DNA from: Prochlorococcus marinus subsp. pastoris str. CCMP1986
GTDB taxonomy: Bacteria; Cyanobacteriota; Cyanobacteriia; PCC-6307; Cyanobiaceae
Length of the DNA: 32,000 nucleotides
Direction: 5' to 3'
Assembly: GCF_000011465.1 (NCBI RefSeq)
Contig: NC_005072.1
Coordinates: 1,500,001 to 1,532,000 of the forward strand
The position numbers were made by a program, and so were the translations under genes. Each line of letters opens with the position of its first letter. The first letter of the stretch is position 1. Below the pieces are notes generated by a model. That model was not told the origin of the DNA. It saw nothing but the letters and a program-made list of their open reading frames with translations, and did no database searches. This document shows, one piece after another, positions 1-8,994 of this stretch.

Positions 1-1
1 T

Positions 2-541
2 TATAGTAAAAATCCTAAAAATAGATGTTTTGCTTGCAAAAAAGAGCTTCACAAACACACTACATTTTTATCTAAAAAACTTAATTACAAGATTGTCTGT
101 GACGGAGTTAATCTTGACGATCTTGACGATTACAGGCCTGGGATTAAAGCAGCTAAAGAAGCAGGAGTTTTATCTCCCTTAGCATTATTTAAGTTTACAA
201 AAAAAGATATAAGGGATATATCAAGAGCATTGGGTTTCCCTTGGTGGGATAAACCTGCTCAACCTTGTTTATCATCAAGATTTCCTTATGGAAATCAAAT
301 TACAAATGAAAGACTAAACATGGTAGAAAAAGCTGAAGAATATATTAAGAAAGGGAGCATATCAGAAGTCAGAGTTAGATGTCATGGTTCAACAGCAAGA
401 ATTGAGATTCCTAAAAATGAATTACAAATATTTTGTAAAGAATATGATTTTAATGAATTAGTTAACTATTTCTCTAATCTAGGATTTAATTGCACAAGCT
501 TGGATCTTGAGGGTTTAATAAGCGGCAAGCTAAATAGATAA
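2..541 (+). CDS. PP-loop ATP pyrophosphatase, LarE-like / TIGR00268-type (C-terminal part; 5' end lies outside the window)
   Basis: Frame 2 is open from the window edge to TAA at 539-541. My translation reads YSKNPKNRCFACKKELH...VCDGVNLDDLDDYRPGIKAAKEAG...KPAQPCLSSRFPYG, resembling the conserved C-terminal half of LarE/PP-loop family proteins. The ORF track lists only the part from an internal Met at 230. Confidence 0.6.
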   Translation, partial: YSKNPKNRCFACKKELHKHTTFLSKKLNYKIVCDGVNLDDLDDYRPGIKAAKEAGVLSPLALFKFTKKDIRDISRALGFPWWDKPAQPCLSSRFPYGNQITNERLNMVEKAEEYIKKGSISEVRVRCHGSTARIEIPKNELQIFCKEYDFNELVNYFSNLGFNCTSLDLEGLISGKLNR

Positions 542-556
542 GTTTCAAAATTTAAT

Positions 557-985
557 TTATTTTTTTATTTGACTATATACTTCTGAAGGTAGATGTCTAT
601 CAACTATACGCAAGAGATGTTCTTTAGCCATTAAAGCTTGAATTAAGTATTTAGACGATATTTCTGGTTTCATATTTTGACCACATGTAAAAATATCAAC
701 TGCAGAATAATGGGCTTCAGGCCATGTATGTATTGACATATGAGATTCAGCTAGTAAAGCAATTGCTGTAACACCTTGAGGTTCAAATTTATTACTTATT
801 AGATTCAAAACTGTTGCATTAGCTAATTTGGCAGCATTATTTAACGTACAACGCAAAAAAGATTCGTCATTTAATTTTTCGTAATCACATCTATAAAGCT
901 CTAACAAAAAATGCTTACTATTATTAGCTAATTTCTTCTCATCATTTAATGCTTTGAAAGTTTGATTTTTTTTGGGAACTTCCAT
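557..985 (-). CDS. speD: S-adenosylmethionine decarboxylase proenzyme (small pyruvoyl-dependent SpeD/SpeH type)
   Basis: 142 aa with an ATG start. It carries the self-cleavage and active-site motif 'LLAESHMSIHTWPE' and 'VDIFTCG', typical of bacterial class 1 AdoMetDC. Confidence 0.85.
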   Translation of the reverse strand: MEVPKKNQTFKALNDEKKLANNSKHFLLELYRCDYEKLNDESFLRCTLNNAAKLANATVLNLISNKFEPQGVTAIALLAESHMSIHTWPEAHYSAVDIFTCGQNMKPEISSKYLIQALMAKEHLLRIVDRHLPSEVYSQIKK

Positions 986-1037
986 TAATTAATTGTATTG
1001 GAGTTTGTAGATTAACTAAAACTTAAAAAATTTTTAA

Positions 1038-2135
1038 CTATAAGTATATCATTTGCGAAGAGCTTAAAAAGGATTTATTGAATTTATCCAAATGCGTTGC
1101 ACTTATCAAACATTGACTATCTTTTCCTACCGAATTCAGTAATAAATTTTGTCTAGTGATATCAAGCTCAGCCAAAACATCATCTAATATAAGAATAGGA
1201 GGTAAATCAATCATATTACGTAATAAATCCAGCTCAGCCATTTTTAAAGCCAAAATAAAAGTCCTTTGTTGACCAGATGAGCCATACTTTCTTATAGAGA
1301 TATTATTAATCAGAAACTCTATATCATCACGATGAGGACCAAAATTACATTTACCAGTCACCGCCTCTAACGGCCTCTGCTTTTGTAGTTGTTCCAATAT
1401 TTTCTTACTTATAACTTCTTCTTCTTCTTCTTGATTGATATTTTCTAAACCAGAAAGATAATTTATACCAATTTGCTCTTTGGATTTACTTAAATGATTA
1501 TGCCAATATTCAACATATGGTTTAATTTTTGATAGAGCTCTCCTTCTACGTCTAAAAATTCTTGTACTAATTAATGACATTTGAATATCAAAACTTTCTA
1601 TAACTTCTGAATATATATCTTTTTGAAAGCTTTCTGAACGCCAAAAATGAGTTCGTTGCTTTAAAAGTCTATTAAATCTATGAATCAGCTCTACGTATAC
1701 TGGTTCAAGCTGAGATACAACTTTATCAATCCAAGATCTTCTGAAACCAGGTTCACTTTTGACAATATAAATATCATTAGAACAGAAACATACACTCCTA
1801 ATATAATTTTGTATTTCAGTCTGTTTTTTCAATAAAGAATCATTTACATAAATCTTTTTAGCTCCTTTCCTAAATAAATTCACTTTCAAATTATCAGTGA
1901 AATCAATTTGACCAAAAATAGCGGCCATGTCACTATCGTTTTCTATTAAATCTTTATCACTTAATGCTCTATTCGATTTTAATTGACTAAGAACTTCGAC
2001 AGATTCCAGTAAATTTGACTTACCAACACCATTACAACCAAGAACGATAGCTCTTTGCTCATTAAGGTCGATCTCAAAACTTTTATGATTTCGAAAATTA
2101 TAAATTTTTAAGTTATTTAAAAAAATTTTTTTAAT
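1038..2135 (-). CDS. recF: DNA replication and repair protein RecF (start codon uncertain; non-canonical start required)
   Basis: The ORF-track part (1038..1928) carries the ABC signature 'GSSGQQRTF' and Walker B 'ILILDDVLAELD'. The same frame stays open upstream to a stop at 2214-2216. It encodes (I)KKIFLNNLKIYNFRNHKSFEIDLNEQRAIVLGCNGVGKSNLLES, which is the RecF N-terminus with its Walker A loop. No ATG/GTG/TTG occurs in that stretch, so I place the start tentatively at ATT 2133-2135 (365 aa). Confidence 0.85.
   Translation of the reverse strand: MKKIFLNNLKIYNFRNHKSFEIDLNEQRAIVLGCNGVGKSNLLESVEVLSQLKSNRALSDKDLIENDSDMAAIFGQIDFTDNLKVNLFRKGAKKIYVNDSLLKKQTEIQNYIRSVCFCSNDIYIVKSEPGFRRSWIDKVVSQLEPVYVELIHRFNRLLKQRTHFWRSESFQKDIYSEVIESFDIQMSLISTRIFRRRRRALSKIKPYVEYWHNHLSKSKEQIGINYLSGLENINQEEEEEVISKKILEQLQKQRPLEAVTGKCNFGPHRDDIEFLINNISIRKYGSSGQQRTFILALKMAELDLLRNMIDLPPILILDDVLAELDITRQNLLLNSVGKDSQCLISATHLDKFNKSFLSSSQMIYL
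1415..1432. repeat. (CTT)6 trinucleotide repeat, read as (GAA)5 = Glu5 in recF
   Basis: Read directly. It gives 'NQEEEEEV' in the RecF translation. Confidence 0.95.
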
Positions 2136-2202
2136 GCATTCCTTAGTTAAATTAGCTAAATTTAAATTATTTAGAATTTCTTTAAAGAAATTGAAAAATT
2201 TA

Positions 2203-2276
2203 GAGCATGTAGCTCAGTTGGATAGAGCATCAGATTCCGGTTCTGAGAGTCGGGGGTTCGACTCCCTCCATGCTCG
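2203..2276 (+). tRNA. tRNA-Arg (anticodon CCG)
   Basis: Cloverleaf folded by hand: perfect 7-bp acceptor GAGCATG/CATGCTC, D-arm GCTC-AGTTGGATA-GAGC, anticodon arm TCAGA-TTCCGGT-TCTGA, T-arm GGGGG-TTCGACT-CCCTC. It is 74 nt and CCA is not encoded. Confidence 0.95.
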
Positions 2277-2287
2277 TAATAAAAGAT

Positions 2288-2734
2288 TTAAAGTTTAAAG
2301 CTCATTACTCTAATACCATTCGGATCTAGTATAAATCCACTTTCTTCTAAACTTTTAAATGAAGTTACTGGCGCTTGAACAGAAATACTACATCCTGGCA
2401 TTTCCCTATTTATTTTTTCAAGGGTCACTTGAAGTAATATTGAGTAAAAAAGATTTTGATTATTGCCTTTTTCAGCGCATAAATTCCATAAGTTAGCGTT
2501 GAGTCCTCTATCTGATGTGACCCTTACAAAACCATAAAGCTTATTTTTAGATTCGTTTTGAATCGTGAAGAAAAAATTACTATTTTTAATAGCAAGAGAT
2601 ATCTTTTGTGTTGGGAATGACTCACAACCACTATTTACCAAAAGTCTATTTAAATCCTTAGCAGTTGGAACTTGTGAAGAATTGATAAAATAACCCTCTG
2701 GAAGAATAAGTTTTTTTTGGGAAAAATATTGCAA
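2288..2734 (-). CDS. conserved hypothetical protein, GNAT acetyltransferase-like fold (divergent)
   Basis: 148 aa. The only available start is TTG at 2732-2734, 3 nt after the ppc stop. The segment 'LYGFVRVTSDRGLNANLWNLCAEK' resembles the GNAT core, but the Q/RxxGxG/A acetyl-CoA motif is not clear. Confidence 0.45.
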   Translation of the reverse strand: MQYFSQKKLILPEGYFINSSQVPTAKDLNRLLVNSGCESFPTQKISLAIKNSNFFFTIQNESKNKLYGFVRVTSDRGLNANLWNLCAEKGNNQNLFYSILLQVTLEKINREMPGCSISVQAPVTSFKSLEESGFILDPNGIRVMSFKL

Positions 2735-2737
2735 TGA

Positions 2738-5707
2738 TTATCCTGTATTTCTCATCCCTGCCGCAATTCCATTAATTGTTAAAAGTGCTCCTCTTAATAA
2801 TTCACTACGACTATAAGCTCTTTTAGACTCAATCCTATCCTCAATAAACTCACTAATTGGAGGTTGTCTTGTTTGATCTCGAAGTCTTCTTAAAAGTGAG
2901 ACTTGTAAAAATCCCAAAGGAATTATAGTTTTATTCCTTAAGTTAACGGATGATCTTAAATCTCTATCAGATTCTAGAAGCTTATTTTTACCAGTTATTT
3001 CAAGCACTAAGGATTTAGTAAGATTATATTCTTTAGAGATAACATCAAAAATCTCCTCAAACGACTTTGAATTTTCTTTACTCCCAAGTGTGTCAACGTA
3101 ATATTTCGCTACTTCTAAATCAACTTTAGATAATGTCATTTCTACCTTAGATATGAGCATTCTAAAAAAGGGCCATCTTTGATGAAGTACTCTAAGTAAT
3201 TCAATTTGCTCAGGATCTGATTTTAATTCTACAGATAAAGCCGTACCCACTCCAAACCAGCTTGGCAAAAGAAATCTACTCTGTGTCCAGCCAAATACCC
3301 AAGGGATTGCCCTTAAACTTGATAAATCCTTTGCGCCTTTTTTCCTTCTTGCAGGTCTACTTGATATTTGTAATTTACTAATTTCCTCGATTGGAGTAAC
3401 CTCTTGAAAAAAAGTTAGCAAATTTGGATTCTCATGTACTAATTTTCTATATTGGATTCTAGATGTTTCTGCCAACCTAGTCATTAAGTCATTCCATTCT
3501 GGTGTAGCATCAAGTCTGTTGTTAACCAAACTATTCTGAATAACCGCTGTTGTAACAGTCTCCAAATTATATAATGCCAATTCAGGAAGACTATATTTTG
3601 AAGCTAAAACCTCTCCTTGTTCTGTAATTTTTATTCTTCCTTTGAGCGTCCCACTTGGTTGAGCCAATATTGCTTGATAAGCAGGACCTCCTCCTCTTCC
3701 TACGGAACCTCCTCTACCGTGAAAAAGTCTTAAAAGTATATTATTTCTGCTTGAAAGATTTTGAAGAGCAATTTGAGCTCTATGAATTTCCCAGTTACTA
3801 GATAGGAATCCTGAATCTTTATTGCTATCTGAATAACCTAACATTAACTCTTGAAGAGGTTTAAAACTTTCTCCAACTTTTGGTAATAATGACTTATAAA
3901 AATCTAATTGAAATAATTGCTCCATTACATCAGGGGCTCTTTGCAGATCTTCAACAGTTTCAAAAAGAGGGACGACCAACAATGTCGATTTTTGAGAACC
4001 TTGATCAATTAGTCCCATCTCTTTTGCTAAAAGAAGGACTTCAAGCAAATCAGATGCACTGTGACTCATTGAAATAACATATGAATGACAAATACGACTT
4101 CCAAATTCTTCTTGCAATCTTTTGACCATTTTAAACACTGAGAAAGTTTCTTCAGTACTTTTATTCCAGTTAACTTCAGAGGGAATCAAGGGCCTTTTTG
4201 TATTTAATTCCTCATTAAGCCATTGTATTCTATCTTTTTCAGACATTTGATCATATTGTTTTGGCAACTCAAGATAATTAGTTAATTCTTGTATTGCGTC
4301 ACTATGTCTAGTACTCTCCTGACGTATATCCAAACTTGCTAAAGAAAAGCCAAAAATATGTACCTGAGTTAATAATTTATTTACGGCCTCACAAGTTAAA
4401 TCTGTACTATTAAGACTATTTTTTATTAATTCTAGATCATAAGTAAATTCATCAACAGACTTGTAATGTAATTTTTCAACTAGCTCTAAATTTTTGTTAT
4501 CAGATTCCCTTTCTAAAGATAACTTCCATCCACCTTCAGATAGTAAATTATTTCTTTCATGGGTCAATCTTAATTTTTCTAAAATATAACTCAATTTCAA
4601 TCTATAAGGCTCTGATCTATATCTTGTTGCCCTTGCTTCATAAATTTCAGGAAACTTAACCCTATCGGTTTCTAATGATTCCAAAAGAGATGAGCTTACT
4701 TGACTCCATTGCATTGAGACGCTTAGTTGATCTCTAAGATTAGAGGTCGCTTTGATATACCTCTCTAACATTAATTGTCTTTGGTAACAGGCAGTCCTCC
4801 AAGTAATTTCAGGAGTAACTGATGGATTCCCATCCCTATCAGAGCCTACCCAAGATCCAAATGTACAAAAAGATTCAGTTGGCATCTGAACGTCTGGATA
4901 ATTTTCAGTAAGGGCTGAAGAAATTCTCCCTCTTAACTGGGGCATCGCATCAAAGAGTACTTGTTGAAAATAATGTAGTGCATAATCAACTTCATCTATT
5001 ACTGATGGTTTGAATTGATGTAACTCATCTGTTCTCCACCAAAGTCTTATCTCTTCTTTTAGTTGTATTTTGAGAGATTTAATATCTTCAATTGTTAAAA
5101 ATTTTTCAACTTGTATTTTTTGCAGCAGATTAGCTACTCTTGTTTGCTTATGCCTAATTGTATGTCTAACTATCTCTGTAGGATGTGCGGTAAAAACTAA
5201 GCGGATATCCATTTCTTGTAATAATTCCTCTAGTTTTCCTGGGGGGACATTTAATCTTCTAAGCCTAAAGAATAATTCTTTAAATGTTACGGGAGCATTT
5301 TGCCTTGCTAAAGCAGGAGCAAATGGGTCTAGATTATCATGTGATTTTTTAACATTCTGATTAGTAAAGCTCTGTATATATCTATCTTCCTCCACTCTTT
5401 GTTCTAAAATATTAACTAGCTGGAAATATAATGAAAAAGCTCTGGCTGCAGAAATTGATTCAGCTAAATCCATAGAATTAACAATATCAACTATTTCAGT
5501 TTTAAAATTTTTGGGACTATATTCTTCAACTTTATTTGAATAACTTAATTCCTTCAGCTGTATTAAACGATTTGCTTGATCATCTGGACATTCTTCCCTC
5601 AATACAGATTCCCACAAATCTTCTATCAATGCACGATTTTTATCCAACGGATCATTGTTGCTTATAAGATCCACATTATTATTTTTAAACTGTTTCATAG
5701 ATTCCAT
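2738..5707 (-). CDS. ppc: phosphoenolpyruvate carboxylase
   Basis: 989 aa with motifs 'VFTAHPTE', '[10 protein letters not shown]' and '[14 protein letters not shown]', plus the C-terminal '[11 protein letters not shown]'. Confidence 0.98.
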   Translation of the reverse strand: MESMKQFKNNNVDLISNNDPLDKNRALIEDLWESVLREECPDDQANRLIQLKELSYSNKVEEYSPKNFKTEIVDIVNSMDLAESISAARAFSLYFQLVNILEQRVEEDRYIQSFTNQNVKKSHDNLDPFAPALARQNAPVTFKELFFRLRRLNVPPGKLEELLQEMDIRLVFTAHPTEIVRHTIRHKQTRVANLLQKIQVEKFLTIEDIKSLKIQLKEEIRLWWRTDELHQFKPSVIDEVDYALHYFQQVLFDAMPQLRGRISSALTENYPDVQMPTESFCTFGSWVGSDRDGNPSVTPEITWRTACYQRQLMLERYIKATSNLRDQLSVSMQWSQVSSSLLESLETDRVKFPEIYEARATRYRSEPYRLKLSYILEKLRLTHERNNLLSEGGWKLSLERESDNKNLELVEKLHYKSVDEFTYDLELIKNSLNSTDLTCEAVNKLLTQVHIFGFSLASLDIRQESTRHSDAIQELTNYLELPKQYDQMSEKDRIQWLNEELNTKRPLIPSEVNWNKSTEETFSVFKMVKRLQEEFGSRICHSYVISMSHSASDLLEVLLLAKEMGLIDQGSQKSTLLVVPLFETVEDLQRAPDVMEQLFQLDFYKSLLPKVGESFKPLQELMLGYSDSNKDSGFLSSNWEIHRAQIALQNLSSRNNILLRLFHGRGGSVGRGGGPAYQAILAQPSGTLKGRIKITEQGEVLASKYSLPELALYNLETVTTAVIQNSLVNNRLDATPEWNDLMTRLAETSRIQYRKLVHENPNLLTFFQEVTPIEEISKLQISSRPARRKKGAKDLSSLRAIPWVFGWTQSRFLLPSWFGVGTALSVELKSDPEQIELLRVLHQRWPFFRMLISKVEMTLSKVDLEVAKYYVDTLGSKENSKSFEEIFDVISKEYNLTKSLVLEITGKNKLLESDRDLRSSVNLRNKTIIPLGFLQVSLLRRLRDQTRQPPISEFIEDRIESKRAYSRSELLRGALLTINGIAAGMRNTG

Positions 5708-5760
5708 ACAATTATTATGTCATAAGTAAATATATTGGGATCAAATATTTGTTTATATTA

Positions 5761-6879
5761 TTAAATACTTTCTTCTTCACTTTGAATCATGTTCTGAGCA
5801 GTAAATTTCATAATATCCTCAATAGACAATCCTTCTTTGTATTGTTTTATCCATTTCATAGATTGATTTCCTTCCTCAAGAACTTTATAAATAGGTTTCA
5901 AAAGATGAGTCATATTTAACTTTTCTGCAGTTAAAGATAAATCAGCTAATACATTTTTTATCCATTCTCTACAAATCATTTTCTTGCCATCTCTCCAATG
6001 AGTCAATTTAGCGTCTAGACTCATTTGTGCAGCTTTAATTTCGTTTTGATCACATATTTTTGTTAATTGATCCATAGAAAAGTTACTAGTATTTAAGGGA
6101 TCTAAAGTCTTCAGATTTTCGAATAAATAAATCACTCTAAGTTCAAGTAAAGCTGTTATTGCCAACAACAACTCAATATCAGAGATGTAATCGCAAATTC
6201 TTAATTCCAGACGATCTAAGACATGAGGCCTTTGAGGTCCATTTGGGCGAATAGAAGACCAAAAATGTCTAATATTGTACATATTTCCATTCTTAATATT
6301 TTCTTCAATCCATTTTATATAGTCATTATGATTATAAAAAAAAGGAACCTTATTTGGTGTTTTAGGGAATTGAATCCATCTCTGTGAATGATTAGTAGTA
6401 AGTTTATTATTTAAAAAAGGAGAGCTTGCACTTATTGATAAATACAAAGAAGCCTCACACCTTACAAGTCGGATAGCTGCAAAAAGTTTATCTAAGTTAT
6501 CAATACCTAAATTTATATGAACACTGGAAGTGGCGATTGATATACCGTAGTTCTCTTGAATAAATTGATGATAAACGTTATTTTTATCAGAACGTTGAAA
6601 CTGATTATTGTGTTTAAAACATAACGTAGATGAAGGGATTATTGTTAAATCTCTTTTGTTTAACCATTTCCTTAAACTTATTCTAGGTTCTAATAAATTC
6701 TTATAACTGACTTTATAGTCTTTTTCTGGATTCGTAATATACTCAACATTTCTATTATCCGGCTCTTTGACAAAATTCGAAAACGTTTTTTCAATATCAT
6801 CAGAAACTCCAACATGATTATTTTGAGAACCAGTAAAGAGTTCTACTTCAAAGCCTTTATATAAATTATTATTATTCAT
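5761..6879 (-). CDS. gshA: glutamate--cysteine ligase, cyanobacterial type (putative)
   Basis: 372 aa. The N-terminal 'LYKGFEVELFTG', the internal 'SVHINLG' and the overall length resemble GCS2-family / cyanobacterial GshA. The ATG follows the trpE stop with zero gap. Confidence 0.65.
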   Translation of the reverse strand: MNNNNLYKGFEVELFTGSQNNHVGVSDDIEKTFSNFVKEPDNRNVEYITNPEKDYKVSYKNLLEPRISLRKWLNKRDLTIIPSSTLCFKHNNQFQRSDKNNVYHQFIQENYGISIATSSVHINLGIDNLDKLFAAIRLVRCEASLYLSISASSPFLNNKLTTNHSQRWIQFPKTPNKVPFFYNHNDYIKWIEENIKNGNMYNIRHFWSSIRPNGPQRPHVLDRLELRICDYISDIELLLAITALLELRVIYLFENLKTLDPLNTSNFSMDQLTKICDQNEIKAAQMSLDAKLTHWRDGKKMICREWIKNVLADLSLTAEKLNMTHLLKPIYKVLEEGNQSMKWIKQYKEGLSIEDIMKFTAQNMIQSEEESI

Positions 6880-8400
6880 TTATCTATCCAAACAAGCCAA
6901 TGCCATTAATATGCCTTTGGCTTTATTAATAGTCTCTTGATATTCATTCGCAGGAGAGGAATCTGCAACTATCCCAGCACCAGCCTGAACAGAAACTATA
7001 TATTCCCCATCATTTGAAGGCTGAACTATCATTGTTCTTATTGTTATCGCAGTATTTAGTGCACCATTTATATCTATAGACCCATAAACTCCAGCATAAG
7101 GACCTCTAGCATCTTTCTCAAAGTCTTTAATTAATTGCATAGCTCTAATTTTTGGAGCCCCAGTTACTGTACCAGCAGGAAAACATGCTTTAAGTAAATC
7201 CCATACCCCAGTATTACTTTTTAAGATACCTTCAACTTCACTAACTATGTGCATTACGTGTGAATATTTTTCAATTATCATCAAATCTTTAACCTCTACT
7301 GTGCCTGTTTCACATACTCTTCCTAAATCATTTCTTCCCAGATCAATAAGCATTACATGTTCTGATATCTCTTTAGGATCTTTTAATAAATCTTTCTCAA
7401 ATTTTAAATCTTGTTCAGCATCTTGACCTCTTGGCCTTGTACCAGCTATCGGTCTTAAGCTTGCAACAATTTGATTAGTTTTATTCTTCTCTGCTTTGAC
7501 CATTACTTCAGGACTAGAACCTATTAAGTACCATGATCCAAAATCAAAGAAAGCCATATAAGGTGAAGGATTAACAATCCTTAAGCTTCTATATAGATTA
7601 AAGGGATCACTTTTAACTTTCGATTGAAATTTTTGGCTAATAACAATTTGAAAAATATCTCCTTTTCTTATATATTCCTTTGCAGAAACAACAGCTTCTT
7701 CAAACTCTTTTCTTTCCCAATTACTTGAAATTGCAATATTCAAATCTTTTTTTTCATCCCAGTTAAGAGCATGTCTTTCATTAATTGGAGCACTCATTAA
7801 ATCTTTGATTCTATTAATTCTTAAAATCGAATCTTGATAAATTTCTTGAACATGAGTTTCTGATGTTCTGGAAGTGTCAGCATATACAACTACAGTGATA
7901 CATCTTTTCATTTGATCAAATATTACTAATTGATCAAAAAACATCCAAGATCCATAGGGTATATTATTATCTTCTAGAGGATTAATAGGCACATTAGGCT
8001 CTATGCGATTGATTAATTCATAACCCCAAGAACCATATAACTGACCAACATAAGGTAAATTATCGATATTATATGACTTATATTCTTCGGTCCAAGTTCT
8101 TAATAAATCAAAAGGATCGCCTTTATATTTTTCACTATTTCCATTATTCCAAGTCTTAATAGTTTCTTCTCCAAGACAAACTGCTTCCCAAAGAGGATCA
8201 GTAGCAACGATACTCCATCTACCTAAATTTTCCCCACCTTCGACGGATTCAAAAAAGACCCCATGTGAATCTTTATTTGATAATTTAAGCCATGTAGATA
8301 ATGGAGTCTCTAAATCAGCAGGCCATGTTTTGAAAATAGGTATAAAATTTTTACCTTCTTTATAAGCCTTTAAAAAACTATCTTTTTGAGAACTGATCAT
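6880..8400 (-). CDS. trpE: anthranilate synthase component I
   Basis: 506 aa with chorismate-binding motifs 'FPAGTVTGAPKIRAMQLI', 'RGPYAGVYG' and 'AGAGIVADS'. Confidence 0.95.
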   Translation of the reverse strand: MISSQKDSFLKAYKEGKNFIPIFKTWPADLETPLSTWLKLSNKDSHGVFFESVEGGENLGRWSIVATDPLWEAVCLGEETIKTWNNGNSEKYKGDPFDLLRTWTEEYKSYNIDNLPYVGQLYGSWGYELINRIEPNVPINPLEDNNIPYGSWMFFDQLVIFDQMKRCITVVVYADTSRTSETHVQEIYQDSILRINRIKDLMSAPINERHALNWDEKKDLNIAISSNWERKEFEEAVVSAKEYIRKGDIFQIVISQKFQSKVKSDPFNLYRSLRIVNPSPYMAFFDFGSWYLIGSSPEVMVKAEKNKTNQIVASLRPIAGTRPRGQDAEQDLKFEKDLLKDPKEISEHVMLIDLGRNDLGRVCETGTVEVKDLMIIEKYSHVMHIVSEVEGILKSNTGVWDLLKACFPAGTVTGAPKIRAMQLIKDFEKDARGPYAGVYGSIDINGALNTAITIRTMIVQPSNDGEYIVSVQAGAGIVADSSPANEYQETINKAKGILMALACLDR

Positions 8401-8459
8401 ACTAGTATATTCAGTCCAAATTATAATTATATTTGTTTGTTATATCAACTTTTGATAAG

Positions 8460-8882
8460 TTATTCAAAAGTTTCTTTAGTAGTAAATTTTAAACCTGCAG
8501 GATTCGGATTCTCTCCAATTCTTCTTGGATTATGACCAACTTTTTCTCTACCTTCATTAACTTTCTCGGAGAATACTCCATCCTTAGGATGTAAGAATTC
8601 AATATCTCCGCCAGGGAATATTCTATAAATTTTAAAATTTTCAATCCTAGGTTTAAAACCCCTTAATTGTGTCCCAAGAGCAAGACATTGTTCTTTTCTT
8701 GCAAAGTACATTAAATTATCTCCCTCGTGCATAATAGCGGCTCCACCAGTTGGCAACTCAAATGCTTGTTCCTTGGAGCTATTCCATGAAATCGCATATT
8801 TTTCTTCAGTTTCTGCAGAGTTTAATAAACCCCCAGTACTGCCTATATGCTTTGGAAATTGACCAACTAAAGTTTCAGTCAT
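8460..8882 (-). CDS. psaD: photosystem I reaction centre subunit II (PsaD)
   Basis: 140 aa containing '[31 protein letters not shown]...[27 protein letters not shown]', the highly conserved PsaD core. Confidence 0.95.
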   Translation of the reverse strand: MTETLVGQFPKHIGSTGGLLNSAETEEKYAISWNSSKEQAFELPTGGAAIMHEGDNLMYFARKEQCLALGTQLRGFKPRIENFKIYRIFPGGDIEFLHPKDGVFSEKVNEGREKVGHNPRRIGENPNPAGLKFTTKETFE

Positions 8883-8994
8883 CCTAAATTTTGAAATTAT
8901 TTCTTATAAGAAACTAGCATTCATGTTTTACAAATTTCTTAATTATTTAAAAAGTTTCTACATTATTTAATAAATGTAAAAAAGAAATATGCAT

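Noticed and set aside
2203-2276. tRNA genes (Arg at 2203, Cys at 16866) as integration sites of a genomic island or prophage
   Set aside because: Flanking genes are housekeeping genes (recF, ppc, rnd, purM). I saw no integrase, no duplicated tRNA 3' fragment (att repeat) and no compositional shift.
3880-5360. Plus-strand ORFs 3880..4077 and 5070..5360 inside ppc
   Set aside because: They are antisense to an unambiguous 989-aa PEP carboxylase. They are short, with hydrophobic or Ser/Cys-rich shadow composition.
8883-8994. RpaB/HLR1-type or sigma70 promoter elements upstream of psaD
   Set aside because: Only single TTTACA-like half-sites are present (TTTACAAA at 8927-8934 on the plus strand, TTTACATT on the minus strand near 8974-8981), without a convincing second direct repeat at 2-nt spacing. 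A TTGTAA-N18/19-TATAAG arrangement is possible but too weak to call in such AT-rich DNA.
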